Below, piece by piece: positions 31,168 to 40,945 of a stretch of 64,000 nt of DNA. Source of the stretch: Parachlamydiales bacterium (GTDB lineage Bacteria; Chlamydiota; Chlamydiia; Chlamydiales; SM23-39); the NCBI GenBank assembly GCA_050302075.1, contig JBNLAH010000001.1, forward strand, positions 12,136-76,135, in the 5' to 3' direction. Both the position numbers and the translations under genes were made by a program. The number at the start of each line of letters is the position of its first letter. The stretch's first letter is position 1. The notes under the pieces are model-generated. The model worked only from the letters and a program-made list of their open reading frames with translations, was not told the origin of the DNA and ran no database searches.

Positions 31168-31308
31168 TTAAGATATGTTCTTAAGCAGCTCCAATACTTC
31201 AAAAGCAACTTTTTGAGTAGTTGCAGAAATTGGTGTTTTAGAACTTTTTGGCATATCTTCTGGCATTACAGGTGCTGGTGTATTAGATGGGTCAAAATTT
31301 ACTAACAT
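31168..31308 (-). CDS. small hypothetical protein (46 aa), not in the ORF track
   Basis: Strong Shine-Dalgarno context AAGGAGAGTTAAGT-ATG. Translation: MLVNFDPSNTPAPVMPEDMPKSSKTPISATTQKVAFEVLELLKNIS*. It shares the GTTAAGTATG start context and weak sequence similarity with the 62-aa ORF at 32203-32391. Confidence 0.45.
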   Translation of the reverse strand: MLVNFDPSNTPAPVMPEDMPKSSKTPISATTQKVAFEVLELLKNIS

Positions 31309-31391
31309 ACTTAACTCTCCTTATTAAAAATTTAAATAATAGGTGAGAATTCTTTAATATAATTACTTTTTTGTAAACTTAAATAATTATT

Positions 31392-31757
31392 TTAAATAAT
31401 AAGGTTGCTGATTAGAGCAATTATAAAAATAATTCCAAGGATCCCTAATGTAGGATATAAGTAATATTTTTTCCTATGTTTAAGGGATTGAATAAGCATT
31501 TTCTTTTTTAAGTAAATAAAAACAAGCAAACTTGGAGTTCCAATCAAGGCCATCAAACCAAAAACTAAAAAAGGGTTTGTTACCATTTTTAAAATTCCAT
31601 ATCTATAAGCTTTTCCAAGAATTAAAAATGTAATAACGGCCAAAATGTGTATTGAAAGACTTGCCTTTTTGTTACTAGAAAATTTAGTGGCAAAAATAAA
31701 ATAAGTTGGAACCATTATTCCAATGATTAGAGTCAAAGTTATAAGTTCATTGTTCAT
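31392..31757 (-). CDS. hypothetical small integral membrane protein (about 4 TM)
   Basis: A 121-aa ORF with four hydrophobic segments separated by K/R-rich loops. CGGAGTTAA-ATG start context. Confidence 0.5.
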   Translation of the reverse strand: MNNELITLTLIIGIMVPTYFIFATKFSSNKKASLSIHILAVITFLILGKAYRYGILKMVTNPFLVFGLMALIGTPSLLVFIYLKKKMLIQSLKHRKKYYLYPTLGILGIIFIIALISNLII

Positions 31758-32202
31758 ATTAACTCCGAATTAAGATGAAAAACGCCTTTAATTTTTTATT
31801 TTTCTCCAAATGGATTTAAGAAGCTTAAAAGTGTATTTTAAGTCTACAAAAAATGAAAAAACAAAAGCTGATACTATGATAAATATTTTAAAGTTCATTG
31901 TTTAAAGCAAAGGTATAAAAAGAGAAAAAGCATTGTCTTTTGATGGAGGAAATCTATGGATTAGTTCTGCACTTCTCCACGCGCTAAATCTCCGATTAAT
32001 TTAATTTTCAATTTCTTAAAAGTGCTGAGAGATTTACATGTATTAAATTTTTTGTAAATGATAATTGTTTTTAAGATGATTGAAAGCAGGGAGAAATCCC
32101 TGCTTAAAGTAACTACTTCTTCGTCATATCTTTTCAAAAACCAAAGAAGTAACTTTTTTTAATTTTTAAAAAAAATCACGTTGGTTGTGCTAGGCATATT
32201 AC

Positions 32203-32391
32203 TTACCTAAAGCTAGCTAGACTCGTTTCATCTTTCGATGCTATAGTAGCTTTTTGAAGAGCAAATGCATCTAATGCTAGTTTCTTAATGGTAGTATTTT
32301 GACCCCCTGGGTTTACTGGATCATCCATTTGGTTTAGATCAAATGAATGAGCTGGTCTACAAATAGTATCATAATCTATCGGGAATGCCAT
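32203..32391 (-). CDS. small hypothetical protein (62 aa), possible paralogue of 31168-31308
   Basis: TAGAGGTTAAGT-ATG start context. Translation: MAFPIDYDTICRPAHSFDLNQMDDPVNPGGQNTTIKKLALDAFALQKATIASKDETSLASFR. Confidence 0.45.
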   Translation of the reverse strand: MAFPIDYDTICRPAHSFDLNQMDDPVNPGGQNTTIKKLALDAFALQKATIASKDETSLASFR

Positions 32392-32589
32392 ACTTAACCT
32401 CTATTTAATTATTCAAGGTGGTTGTTTAACTTTTCAATGTATAAAAAGTTATTGGAATTGTGCACGTGCTAAATTTTTTGTAAACGTTAAATTAATTTTA
32501 ATTTGAACTCTTTGGAGATATCTCAAAAAGGGTATTCAAAAAAAGAGAGCACGCCTATCATCTAACAAAAACTAAATGGAGAAATCGTT

Positions 32590-33201
32590 ATGCAACAAAC
32601 AAACTATCAACTTCCTGACTTGCCATATGATTTTAATGCATTAGAGCCGGTAATTTCAGCTGAAATAATGGAACTTCATTATTCAAAGCATCATAAAACA
32701 TATGTGACAAAGCTAAATGAGGCATTAGAAAAATACCATGAAGCAGAATCTAAAAATGATGTGTCAAATATGATTGCTTTGCAAAATGCTATTAAATTTA
32801 ATGGTGGTGGGCATATAAACCATAGTATTTTTTGGACAATTCTTTGTCCAAAGTCTCAAGCTAAGGGAGCTCCTTCTGGAAAACTTTCAGATGCAATAAA
32901 AAAAGATTTTGGCTCTTTTGAGGAGTTTAAAAAGAAATTTAACGATAAAACAGTAGCAATCCAAGGCTCAGGCTGGGGATGGCTTGGATATAATAAAAAC
33001 ATGAAAGAGCTTCAAATTGCAACTTGTGCTAACCAAGACCCATTAAGTACTACAGGACTTATCCCATTGTTTGGTATAGATGTGTGGGAACATGCTTATT
33101 ATTTACAATACAAGAATGTAAGACCTGATTACGTAAATGCCATATGGGAAATTTTTAACTGGGAAGAAATAGAGAAAAAATTTGACCTTGCGTCAAATTA
33201 A
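32590..33201 (+). CDS. sodA: Fe/Mn superoxide dismutase
   Basis: [20 protein letters not shown] and [13 protein letters not shown] metal-ligand motifs. Confidence 0.95.
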   Translation: MQQTNYQLPDLPYDFNALEPVISAEIMELHYSKHHKTYVTKLNEALEKYHEAESKNDVSNMIALQNAIKFNGGGHINHSIFWTILCPKSQAKGAPSGKLSDAIKKDFGSFEEFKKKFNDKTVAIQGSGWGWLGYNKNMKELQIATCANQDPLSTTGLIPLFGIDVWEHAYYLQYKNVRPDYVNAIWEIFNWEEIEKKFDLASN

Positions 33202-33215
33202 TTTTAAAAAAGTCT

Positions 33216-33238
33216 ATGAGCGCTATTTTGGCGCTCAT
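33216..33238 (+). terminator. hairpin after sodA
   Basis: ATGAGCGC-7 nt-GCGCTCAT, starting 15 nt after the stop codon and followed by a T-containing AT-rich tail. Confidence 0.45.
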
Positions 33239-33427
33239 TCAAATTAAATTTTTCAACAAAGTTTTGAATTTTAAAGTAGCAAAAGTTTTGAATCTCTAGG
33301 GTATTTCATATCTATAGCTAAAAATTTTAATTTATAAATTAAATTATTTAAGAATAGAAGCTTTTAGAAATTGTCATTTGATGTATAATAATTGAAACTT
33401 AAGAATTAAACTATTTTTTTAAACTTT

Positions 33428-34378
33428 ATGGGACTTTTTTCTAGAAGCAAACCAAAAATCAAAATTAAAACAACTAAAAAAGACGGTTTCAGTGGCTGGG
33501 TAAAGTGCAGTGGGTGCTCTGAGTTAGTGCATGCCAATGAGCTGCAGCAAAATTTAAACTGTTGCCCAAAATGCGATCATCACTACCGTATCGGTGTAAA
33601 GCAGCGCATAGCACTTCTTTCTGATGATGACACTTTTCAGAAAATGTTCGAGAACATCCATTCGATGGATCCTTTGAACTTTGAAGATACTGAAAAATAT
33701 GTTGATCGTATCAAAAGAGCTAAAGAGAAATCTAATAATTCAGAAGCTGTGACGGTCGGAGTCTGTAAATTAAATGGAAAAGATGTAGCGATTGGAGTAT
33801 TGGATTTTTCATTTATGGGCGGATCGATGGGATCTGTAGTAGGTGAGAGGATAACTTCAATTATTGAGCACGCTATCGAGAAGCGATTTCCATTAATAAT
33901 AGTTTCAGCCTCTGGTGGAGCTAGAATGCAAGAGTCGATTTTATCGTTAATGCAAATGGCAAAAACATCTGGAGCTCTTGCTAAATTACATGACCGCAAA
34001 ATTCCATATATTTCAATTTTAACAAATCCTACAATGGGTGGCATCACTGCATCTTTTGCCTCTTTAGGAGATATAGTTATAGCAGAGCCTGAGGCATTAA
34101 TTGGCTTTGCAGGGCCTAGAGTTGTAGAGCAAATCACCAAACAAAAACTTCCTGAGAATGCTCAAAGATCGGAGTTTCTGCTTGAGCGTGGAATTATTGA
34201 TTGTATTGTGAAGCGCTCTGAATTGAAGGAAAAAGTTTCGTTATTTTTAGATTATTTAGGTAACTTTGACTCTAATTTGCTTGCGGAAAAAGACACAAAG
34301 AGATTAAAACAACTCGTTGAATATTCACAAGAAGTAGAAAAAGATGAAACAAAATCAAAAAGTGCGTCTACCAATTAG
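33428..34378 (+). CDS. accD: acetyl-CoA carboxylase carboxyltransferase beta subunit
   Basis: N-terminal zinc ribbon CSGC...CPKCDHH and a carboxyltransferase core ([22 protein letters not shown]). Confidence 0.93.
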   Translation: MGLFSRSKPKIKIKTTKKDGFSGWVKCSGCSELVHANELQQNLNCCPKCDHHYRIGVKQRIALLSDDDTFQKMFENIHSMDPLNFEDTEKYVDRIKRAKEKSNNSEAVTVGVCKLNGKDVAIGVLDFSFMGGSMGSVVGERITSIIEHAIEKRFPLIIVSASGGARMQESILSLMQMAKTSGALAKLHDRKIPYISILTNPTMGGITASFASLGDIVIAEPEALIGFAGPRVVEQITKQKLPENAQRSEFLLERGIIDCIVKRSELKEKVSLFLDYLGNFDSNLLAEKDTKRLKQLVEYSQEVEKDETKSKSASTN

Positions 34379-34796
34379 TGTTGAAGACAAAGAACTACTT
34401 CCACACTATGCTTCATTAGAAGCATCAGGAGCAGATTTAAAAGCAGCTATCAAGGAAAATGTAACTATTGCCCCGGGTGAGTCAAAACTTATCCCTACGG
34501 GAATAAAAGTTGCAATACCAGAAGGCTATGAAATTCAAGTGAGGCCAAGAAGTGGTCTTGCATATAAATTTCAGATAACAGTCTTGAATACTCCAGGAAC
34601 AATTGATGCTGATTACAGAGGAGAAATCGGAGTGATTTTAATAAATCACAGCAAAAACGATTTCATTGTAACCCCTTATATGCGAATAGCCCAGCTAGTG
34701 CTAGCTCCTGTAGTTCAAGCTGATTTTTGTATAAGTGAATCACTTACGACCACATCAAGAAATGAAGGTGGTTTTGGCCACACAGGAACTCACTAA
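34344..34796 (+). CDS. dut: dUTP diphosphatase
   Basis: Motifs [24 protein letters not shown] and [10 protein letters not shown]. Overlaps accD by 35 nt. Confidence 0.93.
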   Translation: MKQNQKVRLPISVEDKELLPHYASLEASGADLKAAIKENVTIAPGESKLIPTGIKVAIPEGYEIQVRPRSGLAYKFQITVLNTPGTIDADYRGEIGVILINHSKNDFIVTPYMRIAQLVLAPVVQADFCISESLTTTSRNEGGFGHTGTH

Positions 34797-34801
34797 CTTA
34801 T

Positions 34802-35266
34802 ATGTCTACAGTAGATATAAAAATTTCATCTTTTCTAGATCATGAAAACATTCTTTTCTTAAATGAGGCGTCAAGAGATGGTGCTTTATCTAGATTAGTT
34901 GAGAGCCTTTTCTCCTCCGGAAAAATTGATAATAAGGAAAGTTTTTATGAGGCTATTATAGAAAGAGAGAGTGTTGTTTCAACTGGAGTAGGACTTGGGA
35001 TTGCGATCCCTCATGCAAAAAAGCCTCATTATGAAAATTTTTTCATAGCAATCGGAGTTCAAAAATCTAAGGGTTTAGAATGGGATTCTTTAGATAAGTC
35101 TTTGGTTAGGTTAATATTGATGATAGGTGGTCCAGAAGATAGACAAAATGATTATTTAAAGATTCTATCCAAACTAACTTCGGTTATTCGAAATGAAAAA
35201 GACAGAAAATCAATTATTCAAGCTGAGTCTCCAGGTGAGATTTTAAATATTTTTAAAGAATATTGA
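34802..35266 (+). CDS. ptsN: PTS EIIA (fructose/nitrogen type, PtsN-like) regulatory protein
   Basis: EIIA-2 fold with the phospho-His segment GVGLGIAIPHAK. Stand-alone, 154 aa. Confidence 0.8.
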   Translation: MSTVDIKISSFLDHENILFLNEASRDGALSRLVESLFSSGKIDNKESFYEAIIERESVVSTGVGLGIAIPHAKKPHYENFFIAIGVQKSKGLEWDSLDKSLVRLILMIGGPEDRQNDYLKILSKLTSVIRNEKDRKSIIQAESPGEILNIFKEY

Positions 35267-35328
35267 TTTTTTTAAAGTTTTTTTTTAATTTTACTCTTTT
35301 ACCTCATAATCAAAGGAACTTAAGTAAT

Positions 35329-36054
35329 ATGGATCTTAAAATAAAAGATGTAGCCGAACTTTTAAATGTTTCTGAAACCACAATTCGTAGATGGCTATCG
35401 GAAGGGAAAATACCAGCTTACCGTATTAATCATCAGTTTAGATTTTCAAGGTCAGAAATTGAAGATTGGGTTATGAGCTGTAAAATGGAGTCGAAATCAT
35501 CTCAAGGGACTGATTCAAAAGTTCCTTTGCAGTCAGATAACATGAAAAAAATTGTTAGCAGGGCAGGGACTAGACAGTTTAGTTTATATAGAGCATTGCA
35601 CCATGGGGATGTCCTTTGTGACATTGAAGGAGCTACAAAAGAAGAGGTCATTAGGAATACTGTAGAAAAGATTTCTAGCAGATTAAATGTTGATGCAGAT
35701 GTTCTTAGTATGTTACTGCTTGACCGTGAAAAATTAATGCCTACTTCTCTAAACTATGGTCTTGCGGTTCCTCATACCAGAGATTTCTACATAAAAGAAT
35801 CATATGACACTATTTTTACAGTTTATCCCAAAGTTCCAGTTGATTATGGAGCATTGGACGGTAGTCCTGTTCACACTATGTTCTTTCTGTTTGCCTGTGA
35901 AGATAAAAGGCATCTTAATTTACTGGCAAAACTAGCCCATCTAGTTAATGAAAAACACACAAGGGACTACATTCAAACGAAGCCTGATAAAACAAGCCTT
36001 TTAAAATACATCAAAGACTTTGAAACAAAAATTCCTAATTTAGCAAGTTGTTAA
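35329..36054 (+). CDS. DNA-binding HTH (excisionase/MerR-like) fused to a PTS EIIA-2 domain
   Basis: N-terminus [48 protein letters not shown] is a classic HTH_17-type motif. The C-terminal half has EIIA-2 features with His ([11 protein letters not shown]). The track start 35263 adds 22 unlikely residues; ATG 35329 is preferred. Confidence 0.75.
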   Translation: MDLKIKDVAELLNVSETTIRRWLSEGKIPAYRINHQFRFSRSEIEDWVMSCKMESKSSQGTDSKVPLQSDNMKKIVSRAGTRQFSLYRALHHGDVLCDIEGATKEEVIRNTVEKISSRLNVDADVLSMLLLDREKLMPTSLNYGLAVPHTRDFYIKESYDTIFTVYPKVPVDYGALDGSPVHTMFFLFACEDKRHLNLLAKLAHLVNEKHTRDYIQTKPDKTSLLKYIKDFETKIPNLASC

Positions 36055-38531
36055 ACAGGGACTTTTTCTTCTTGTTCAATAAGTTTGATTTTTTCGTCTT
36101 CAACTGTAATCGTAATGTGCTTGCCATGCCCTTCAGATAATAGAAGTTTCTCAGATATAGGATCTTCAAGATACTGCACGATAACTTTTCGAATAGGTCT
36201 AGCTCCCATCTCAGGTTGGTAACCTTTATTCACTAAGAATTCGACAGTTTTTTCATCTATGTCAATATATAGATTTTTTTCAGCAACTCGATTTTTAAGC
36301 TTGTTAAACTCAATATGAATTACTTCTTTTAAAGCTTTTTTATCTAGAGGTTGGAAAATCACAAGGTCATCTAAGCGGTTTAAAAGTTCTGGTTTAAAGT
36401 GTTTTTTTGCAGCCTTTTGAATTTGTTCTTCAATATATTTAATATCTAAGTTTTCTTTAGCCCCAAACCCAACTTCTGATGATTTTTTCAACATATCAGC
36501 GCCAAGATTTGACGTCATAATGATAATGGTATTTTTGAAGTCTACTTTTCTCCCTAAAGAGTCTGTAAGCCTACCTTCCTCGAAAATTTGCAAAAATAAA
36601 TTTACAACATCAGGGTGAGCTTTTTCGACTTCATCAAAAAGAACAACGCTATAAGGTCTTCTTCTTACTCGTTCTGTTAGCTGGCCTCCTTCTTCATATC
36701 CGACATATCCTGGAGGAGATCCTGTCATTCTACTAATTGCAAATTTCTCCATGTATTCAGACATGTCAATCTGAATCAATGCATCTTCTCCGCCAAACAT
36801 ATGGATAGCAAGTTGTCTAGCTAAAAGAGTTTTTCCAACACCTGTGGGTCCGAGAAATAAGAATGCTCCTATTGGCCTGTTAGGGTCTTTAATATCAGCT
36901 CTTGAACGTCTTATAGCTTTGCATATTTTTGAGATGACATTGTCCTGTCCTATAACAGATTGCATTAAAAATTCTTCCATTTTTAATACTTTTTGAGTTT
37001 CTCCCTCGGTTAGTCTAGTCACAGGTATACCAGTTTGTTTAGCTACAATACGGGCAATATCTTCTTCAGTCACTTCAATTTCACTATCACTTTCTTCTTT
37101 TTTTTGCTGTTCCTTAAGTGTGACAAGCTGTTCAGATAGTTTTTTTTCTTTATCCCTAAAACGCGCAGCCTTTTCGTATTCCTGGTTTCCTATTGAATCT
37201 TCCTTGGCTTTTTTTGCTTCTTCAATTTCTTGTTCCATTTTTAAAATCTCAGGTGGTTGATGCATGCTTAAAAGCCTAGCTTTAGCACCAGCTTCATCCA
37301 TTAAATCAATGGCCTTATCCGGTAGGAATCTCCCCGAAATATATCGATCAGATAAATAAACAGCTTCTCTAATAGCTTTTTCTGTATATGTACAATGATG
37401 ATGTTTTTCATACTTTGGTTTAAGCCCCTTGAGGATCTCTTCACTCTCTTCAAGATTAGGGGGTGCAACAGTAATTTGTTGAAATCGTCGTTCAAGGGCA
37501 GCGTCTTTTTCTATGTGTTTTCTATATTCATCTTGAGTAGTAGCCCCAATGCATTGGATTTCGCCTCTAGACAGGGCTGGTTTTAAAATGTTAGAAGCAT
37601 CAATCGCCCCTTCAGCGGCTCCCGCCCCAACGATGGTATGAATCTCGTCAATAAATAGTAAAATATTGCCGTTCTTCTTAATTTCATCCATCACAGCTTT
37701 AATTCTCTCTTCGAATTGGCCTCGGTATTTTGTCCCAGCAATCATTAAAGTAAGATCCAAAGAGATTAATTTTTTATTTCTTAAGTTTTCAGGGACTTCT
37801 CCATTTACGATAGCTTGAGCTAAACCCTCAACAATTGCGGTCTTACCAACTCCGGCCTCTCCAATTAAGACAGGGTTGTTTTTTCTTCTCCTGCATAAAA
37901 TAAGAATTAGTCTCTCAACTTCTTCCTTCCTTCCAATGACAGGATCCATTTTATTTTCCCGGCATAGCTCAGTCAAATCATGCCCATAGGCCTTTAATGC
38001 AGGTGTTTTATCAGATCCGGTGCTTGACGATGGCCTTTCCTGCTGTCTAGTGGGAGGCGTCGCTGAAACCCCCATTGGAGGTAGCTGTAAGTTGAATGTT
38101 TCTAATTCTTTTAAGACTTCTTTTCTAACTTCCTTTAAGTTGATATTTAGGTTCTCAAGTACTTGAGCTGCAATTCCATCTGTCTGCCTTAAAAGGGCCA
38201 ATAACAAATGCTCGGTTCCGACATAGTTGTGGTTTAATTGAGTTGCCTCTTCATTTGCAAATTCAAATGCTTTTTTTACTTTACCGGTCAATGCAGGGTC
38301 ACCATATACCTGAATTTCAGGGCCATATCCTACAATTCTTTCAATTTCTGTCCTGACTGTGTCGTAATCTAAATTTAAATTTCTTAAGACATTAACAGCT
38401 ATTCCTTGGCCTAACTTCATAAGACCAAGTAAGACGTGCTCTGTACCTAAGTAATTGTGATTCAGTCTTTGAGCTTCTTTTTTTGCTAATTTAATGACCT
38501 GTTTGGCCCGATTGGTAAATTTGTCAAACAT
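36051..38531 (-). CDS. clpC: ATP-dependent Clp protease ATP-binding subunit ClpC
   Basis: Duplicated Clp_N repeats, two AAA+ Walker A sites ([15 protein letters not shown] and [15 protein letters not shown]) and a UVR-like linker ([16 protein letters not shown]). Confidence 0.93.
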   Translation of the reverse strand: MFDKFTNRAKQVIKLAKKEAQRLNHNYLGTEHVLLGLMKLGQGIAVNVLRNLNLDYDTVRTEIERIVGYGPEIQVYGDPALTGKVKKAFEFANEEATQLNHNYVGTEHLLLALLRQTDGIAAQVLENLNINLKEVRKEVLKELETFNLQLPPMGVSATPPTRQQERPSSSTGSDKTPALKAYGHDLTELCRENKMDPVIGRKEEVERLILILCRRRKNNPVLIGEAGVGKTAIVEGLAQAIVNGEVPENLRNKKLISLDLTLMIAGTKYRGQFEERIKAVMDEIKKNGNILLFIDEIHTIVGAGAAEGAIDASNILKPALSRGEIQCIGATTQDEYRKHIEKDAALERRFQQITVAPPNLEESEEILKGLKPKYEKHHHCTYTEKAIREAVYLSDRYISGRFLPDKAIDLMDEAGAKARLLSMHQPPEILKMEQEIEEAKKAKEDSIGNQEYEKAARFRDKEKKLSEQLVTLKEQQKKEESDSEIEVTEEDIARIVAKQTGIPVTRLTEGETQKVLKMEEFLMQSVIGQDNVISKICKAIRRSRADIKDPNRPIGAFLFLGPTGVGKTLLARQLAIHMFGGEDALIQIDMSEYMEKFAISRMTGSPPGYVGYEEGGQLTERVRRRPYSVVLFDEVEKAHPDVVNLFLQIFEEGRLTDSLGRKVDFKNTIIIMTSNLGADMLKKSSEVGFGAKENLDIKYIEEQIQKAAKKHFKPELLNRLDDLVIFQPLDKKALKEVIHIEFNKLKNRVAEKNLYIDIDEKTVEFLVNKGYQPEMGARPIRKVIVQYLEDPISEKLLLSEGHGKHITITVEDEKIKLIEQEEKVPV

Positions 38532-38691
38532 TTGGGTCCATCCCTTCTTGATACGGCTACTTTTATAATGTTAGTTTGTTTTTATTTTTTTGTAAATTCA
38601 TGTGAGGTTTAAAATATACATTTTTTTTTAAAAAAATTCATCGATTAGAATGCTTTATTACAGTATTCTTTCTTAAATCCTGGAGTTTTAC

Positions 38692-39408
38692 ATGCTTGAG
38701 ATTCTAGATACTGGCGCAGATTCTGCAAAAGAAAATATGCAAATAGACTCAAAGCTTTTAGAAGATCTTAATACCTTTAAAAAGCCTGTTTTACACCTAT
38801 ACAAATGGTCTAAGCCATCTGTAAGCTTTGGATATTTCATTGATGTAAGTAAATATTTGGATATACAGAGACTTAAAGAGAAAGAAATAGACTTTGTAAG
38901 GAGGCCTACAGGAGGGGGGATTGTTTTTCACATTTGGGACTATGCATTTTCCTTTTTAATGCCTAGGTCCCACCGGATGTTTTCGGAGAATACCCTAGAA
39001 AACTATAGGTTTGTCAATAATATTGTTCTAGAAGCCTTGAAGGGATTTTTAGAAGAAACTGGCTTAAAACTAATTGGTCAGGATGCTAATGCAGATGATT
39101 TGACCCAAGTTAATTTTTGTATGGCCCACCCTACAAAATATGATGTGGTATTAAACGGTAAAAAAGTTGCTGGGGCTTCACAGAGAAAAACTAAAGGGGG
39201 ATATCTCCATCAAGGCACTATATCAATAGGACTTCCTAAAAAGGAAATATTGAAAGATGTTTTACTTCATAGCAGTATTTTAAATAGCATGTTAAAGTAT
39301 TCTTTTGCCCCTCTTGGCTTTGATTGGAACTTTGAAACTTTAGAACAAATGAGAGACAAGATTAAAAATCAATTAATTCAAAAATTTCGAATAACTCTAG
39401 CTAAATGA
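38692..39408 (+). CDS. lipoate-protein ligase / octanoyltransferase family protein (BPL_LplA_LipB)
   Basis: RRPTGGGIVFH and the KKVAGASQRKTKGGYLHQGTISI catalytic-lysine region. Confidence 0.75.
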   Translation: MLEILDTGADSAKENMQIDSKLLEDLNTFKKPVLHLYKWSKPSVSFGYFIDVSKYLDIQRLKEKEIDFVRRPTGGGIVFHIWDYAFSFLMPRSHRMFSENTLENYRFVNNIVLEALKGFLEETGLKLIGQDANADDLTQVNFCMAHPTKYDVVLNGKKVAGASQRKTKGGYLHQGTISIGLPKKEILKDVLLHSSILNSMLKYSFAPLGFDWNFETLEQMRDKIKNQLIQKFRITLAK

Positions 39409-39417
39409 GGACCTACT

Positions 39418-40935
39418 TTGAAAAAAAAAACAGCTATTACACCAACTAGAAATGAAGACTACTCAGAATGGTATTTGCAAGTAATTAAAGCAGCTGACTT
39501 AGCGGAACATTCCTGTGTTCGTGGCTCTATGGTCATTAAACCTTGGGGCTATGGAATTTGGGAGAGCATTCAAAGGAAGTTAGATAGAAGATTTAAAGAA
39601 ATTGGTGTTGAAAATGCCTATTTCCCATTATTTATTCCGCTCAGTTTTTTTGAAAAAGAAGCAGCTCATGTTGAAGGTTTTGCAAAAGAGTGCGCTGTAG
39701 TTACCCATCACCGGTTAAAAAAAAATGATAGTGGAAAACTAGTTCCAACATCTCCGCTAGAAGAGCCACTAGTGGTTAGGCCAACATCTGAAATGATTAT
39801 CGGAGACCATTTTTCAAGGTGGGTAAGTTCTTATCGAGATCTTCCATTAAAAATAAATCAATGGGCAAATGTCGTTAGATGGGAAATGAGAACTAGGCTG
39901 TTTTTGCGGACAACCGAAATTTTATGGCAGGAAGGACATACGGTTCATGCTAAAGGTGAACAAGCTGACGAAATGGCCAGAACTATTCTAGATCTATATG
40001 TTGACTTCTTGGAAGACAAGCTTGCAATTCCTGTGATTAAAGGTGTAAAAAGTGAATCTGAAAAGTTTCCAGGCGCTGAAAAAACTTATACTTTTGAGGC
40101 TATGATGCAAGATCGTAAAGCTTTGCAGGCTGGAACTTCACATTACTTAGGTGAGAATTTCGCAAAGTCATGCAATATTTTATTTCAAAATGAGGATGGA
40201 GAGAAAAAATATGCATCTACCACCTCTTGGGGAGCTACAACTAGATTGATTGGTGGGTGTATAATGGTGCATTCAGATGATGATGGTCTGGTGCTTCCTC
40301 CTAAAGTTGCAACAGCACAAATTGTCATCATGCCAATTTTGCATGACGATGAAAAAAAAGCTTCTGTAATGAAATATTGCGAGAAAGTAAAAGAAGAGCT
40401 TTCAAAGTTAAGTTATGATTCTGATCCTGTAAGAGTAATAATTGATGATAGGGATATTAGAGGCGGAGAGAAAAACTGGGGATGGATTAAGAAAGGGGCC
40501 CCGCTTCGAGTTGAAATAGGACCTAAGGATATTGAAAAAGATCAAGTGGTCTTAATGAGAAGAACAGAGGATTTTAAAGATAAATTATTTTTACCAAGAC
40601 AAGAATTTATTGAAAAAGCTTGTAATTTTTTAGATGAGATTCATAACAAGCTATTTGAAAAAGCAAAAAAATTTAGAGATGACAATCTTAAATTTATTGA
40701 CAGTGAAAAAGAGTTTTATGAATTTTTCACACCTAAAAATATAAAAAAACCAGAAATACATGCAGGATTTGCTTGTGTTAATTTCTCAATGGATCAAAAT
40801 ATAGAGGAGAAAATCAAAAACGATTTGAATGTTACATTACGCTGTATACCTTTTGATTTTCAAAAAGACAAAGGAAAGTGTATCTTCTCAGGAAAAGAAA
40901 ACTCTCAAAAAGTAATCTTTGCAAAAGCATATTAA
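39418..40935 (+). CDS. proS: proline--tRNA ligase (archaeal/eukaryote-like type)
   Basis: N-terminal EDYSEWYLQVIKAADL and class II motifs. There is no bacterial INS editing domain, and the protein ends in the conserved C-terminal Tyr (...FAKAY*). TTG start with GAGG 7 nt upstream. Confidence 0.9.
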   Translation: MKKKTAITPTRNEDYSEWYLQVIKAADLAEHSCVRGSMVIKPWGYGIWESIQRKLDRRFKEIGVENAYFPLFIPLSFFEKEAAHVEGFAKECAVVTHHRLKKNDSGKLVPTSPLEEPLVVRPTSEMIIGDHFSRWVSSYRDLPLKINQWANVVRWEMRTRLFLRTTEILWQEGHTVHAKGEQADEMARTILDLYVDFLEDKLAIPVIKGVKSESEKFPGAEKTYTFEAMMQDRKALQAGTSHYLGENFAKSCNILFQNEDGEKKYASTTSWGATTRLIGGCIMVHSDDDGLVLPPKVATAQIVIMPILHDDEKKASVMKYCEKVKEELSKLSYDSDPVRVIIDDRDIRGGEKNWGWIKKGAPLRVEIGPKDIEKDQVVLMRRTEDFKDKLFLPRQEFIEKACNFLDEIHNKLFEKAKKFRDDNLKFIDSEKEFYEFFTPKNIKKPEIHAGFACVNFSMDQNIEEKIKNDLNVTLRCIPFDFQKDKGKCIFSGKENSQKVIFAKAY

Positions 40936-40945
40936 AGAGGATCTT

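Noticed and set aside
31945-31964. A strong GGAGGA Shine-Dalgarno sequence followed by ATG-GAT-TAG, a two-codon mini-ORF on the plus strand of the islet.
   Set aside because: It is too short to interpret and could be chance or a remnant of a decayed gene. It has no supporting context.
32203-32391. The SFDLNQ segment of the 62-aa peptide resembles the FNLD/FDLN box of class I lanthipeptide leader peptides.
   Set aside because: The putative core has no Cys. There is no LanB/LanC/LanM, protease or ABC exporter gene nearby. The second peptide (NFDPSN) fits even less well.
38532-38691. I looked for CtsR (GGTCAAA repeats) or CIRCE (TTAGCACTC-N9-GAGTGCTAA) operators upstream of clpC, and likewise near htpG.
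   Set aside because: No match was found. The only element seen is an AT-rich TTTACAAAAAA -35-like sequence, which also occurs in the 31-32.5 kb islet and is not specific enough on its own.
39421-39430. A10 homopolymer runs at the 5' ends of proS (39421-39430) and of the giant gene (52976-52985), considered as possible phase-variation tracts.
   Set aside because: They encode Lys-Lys-Lys at N-termini. This is common in AT-rich genomes, and proS is essential, so phase variation is implausible.
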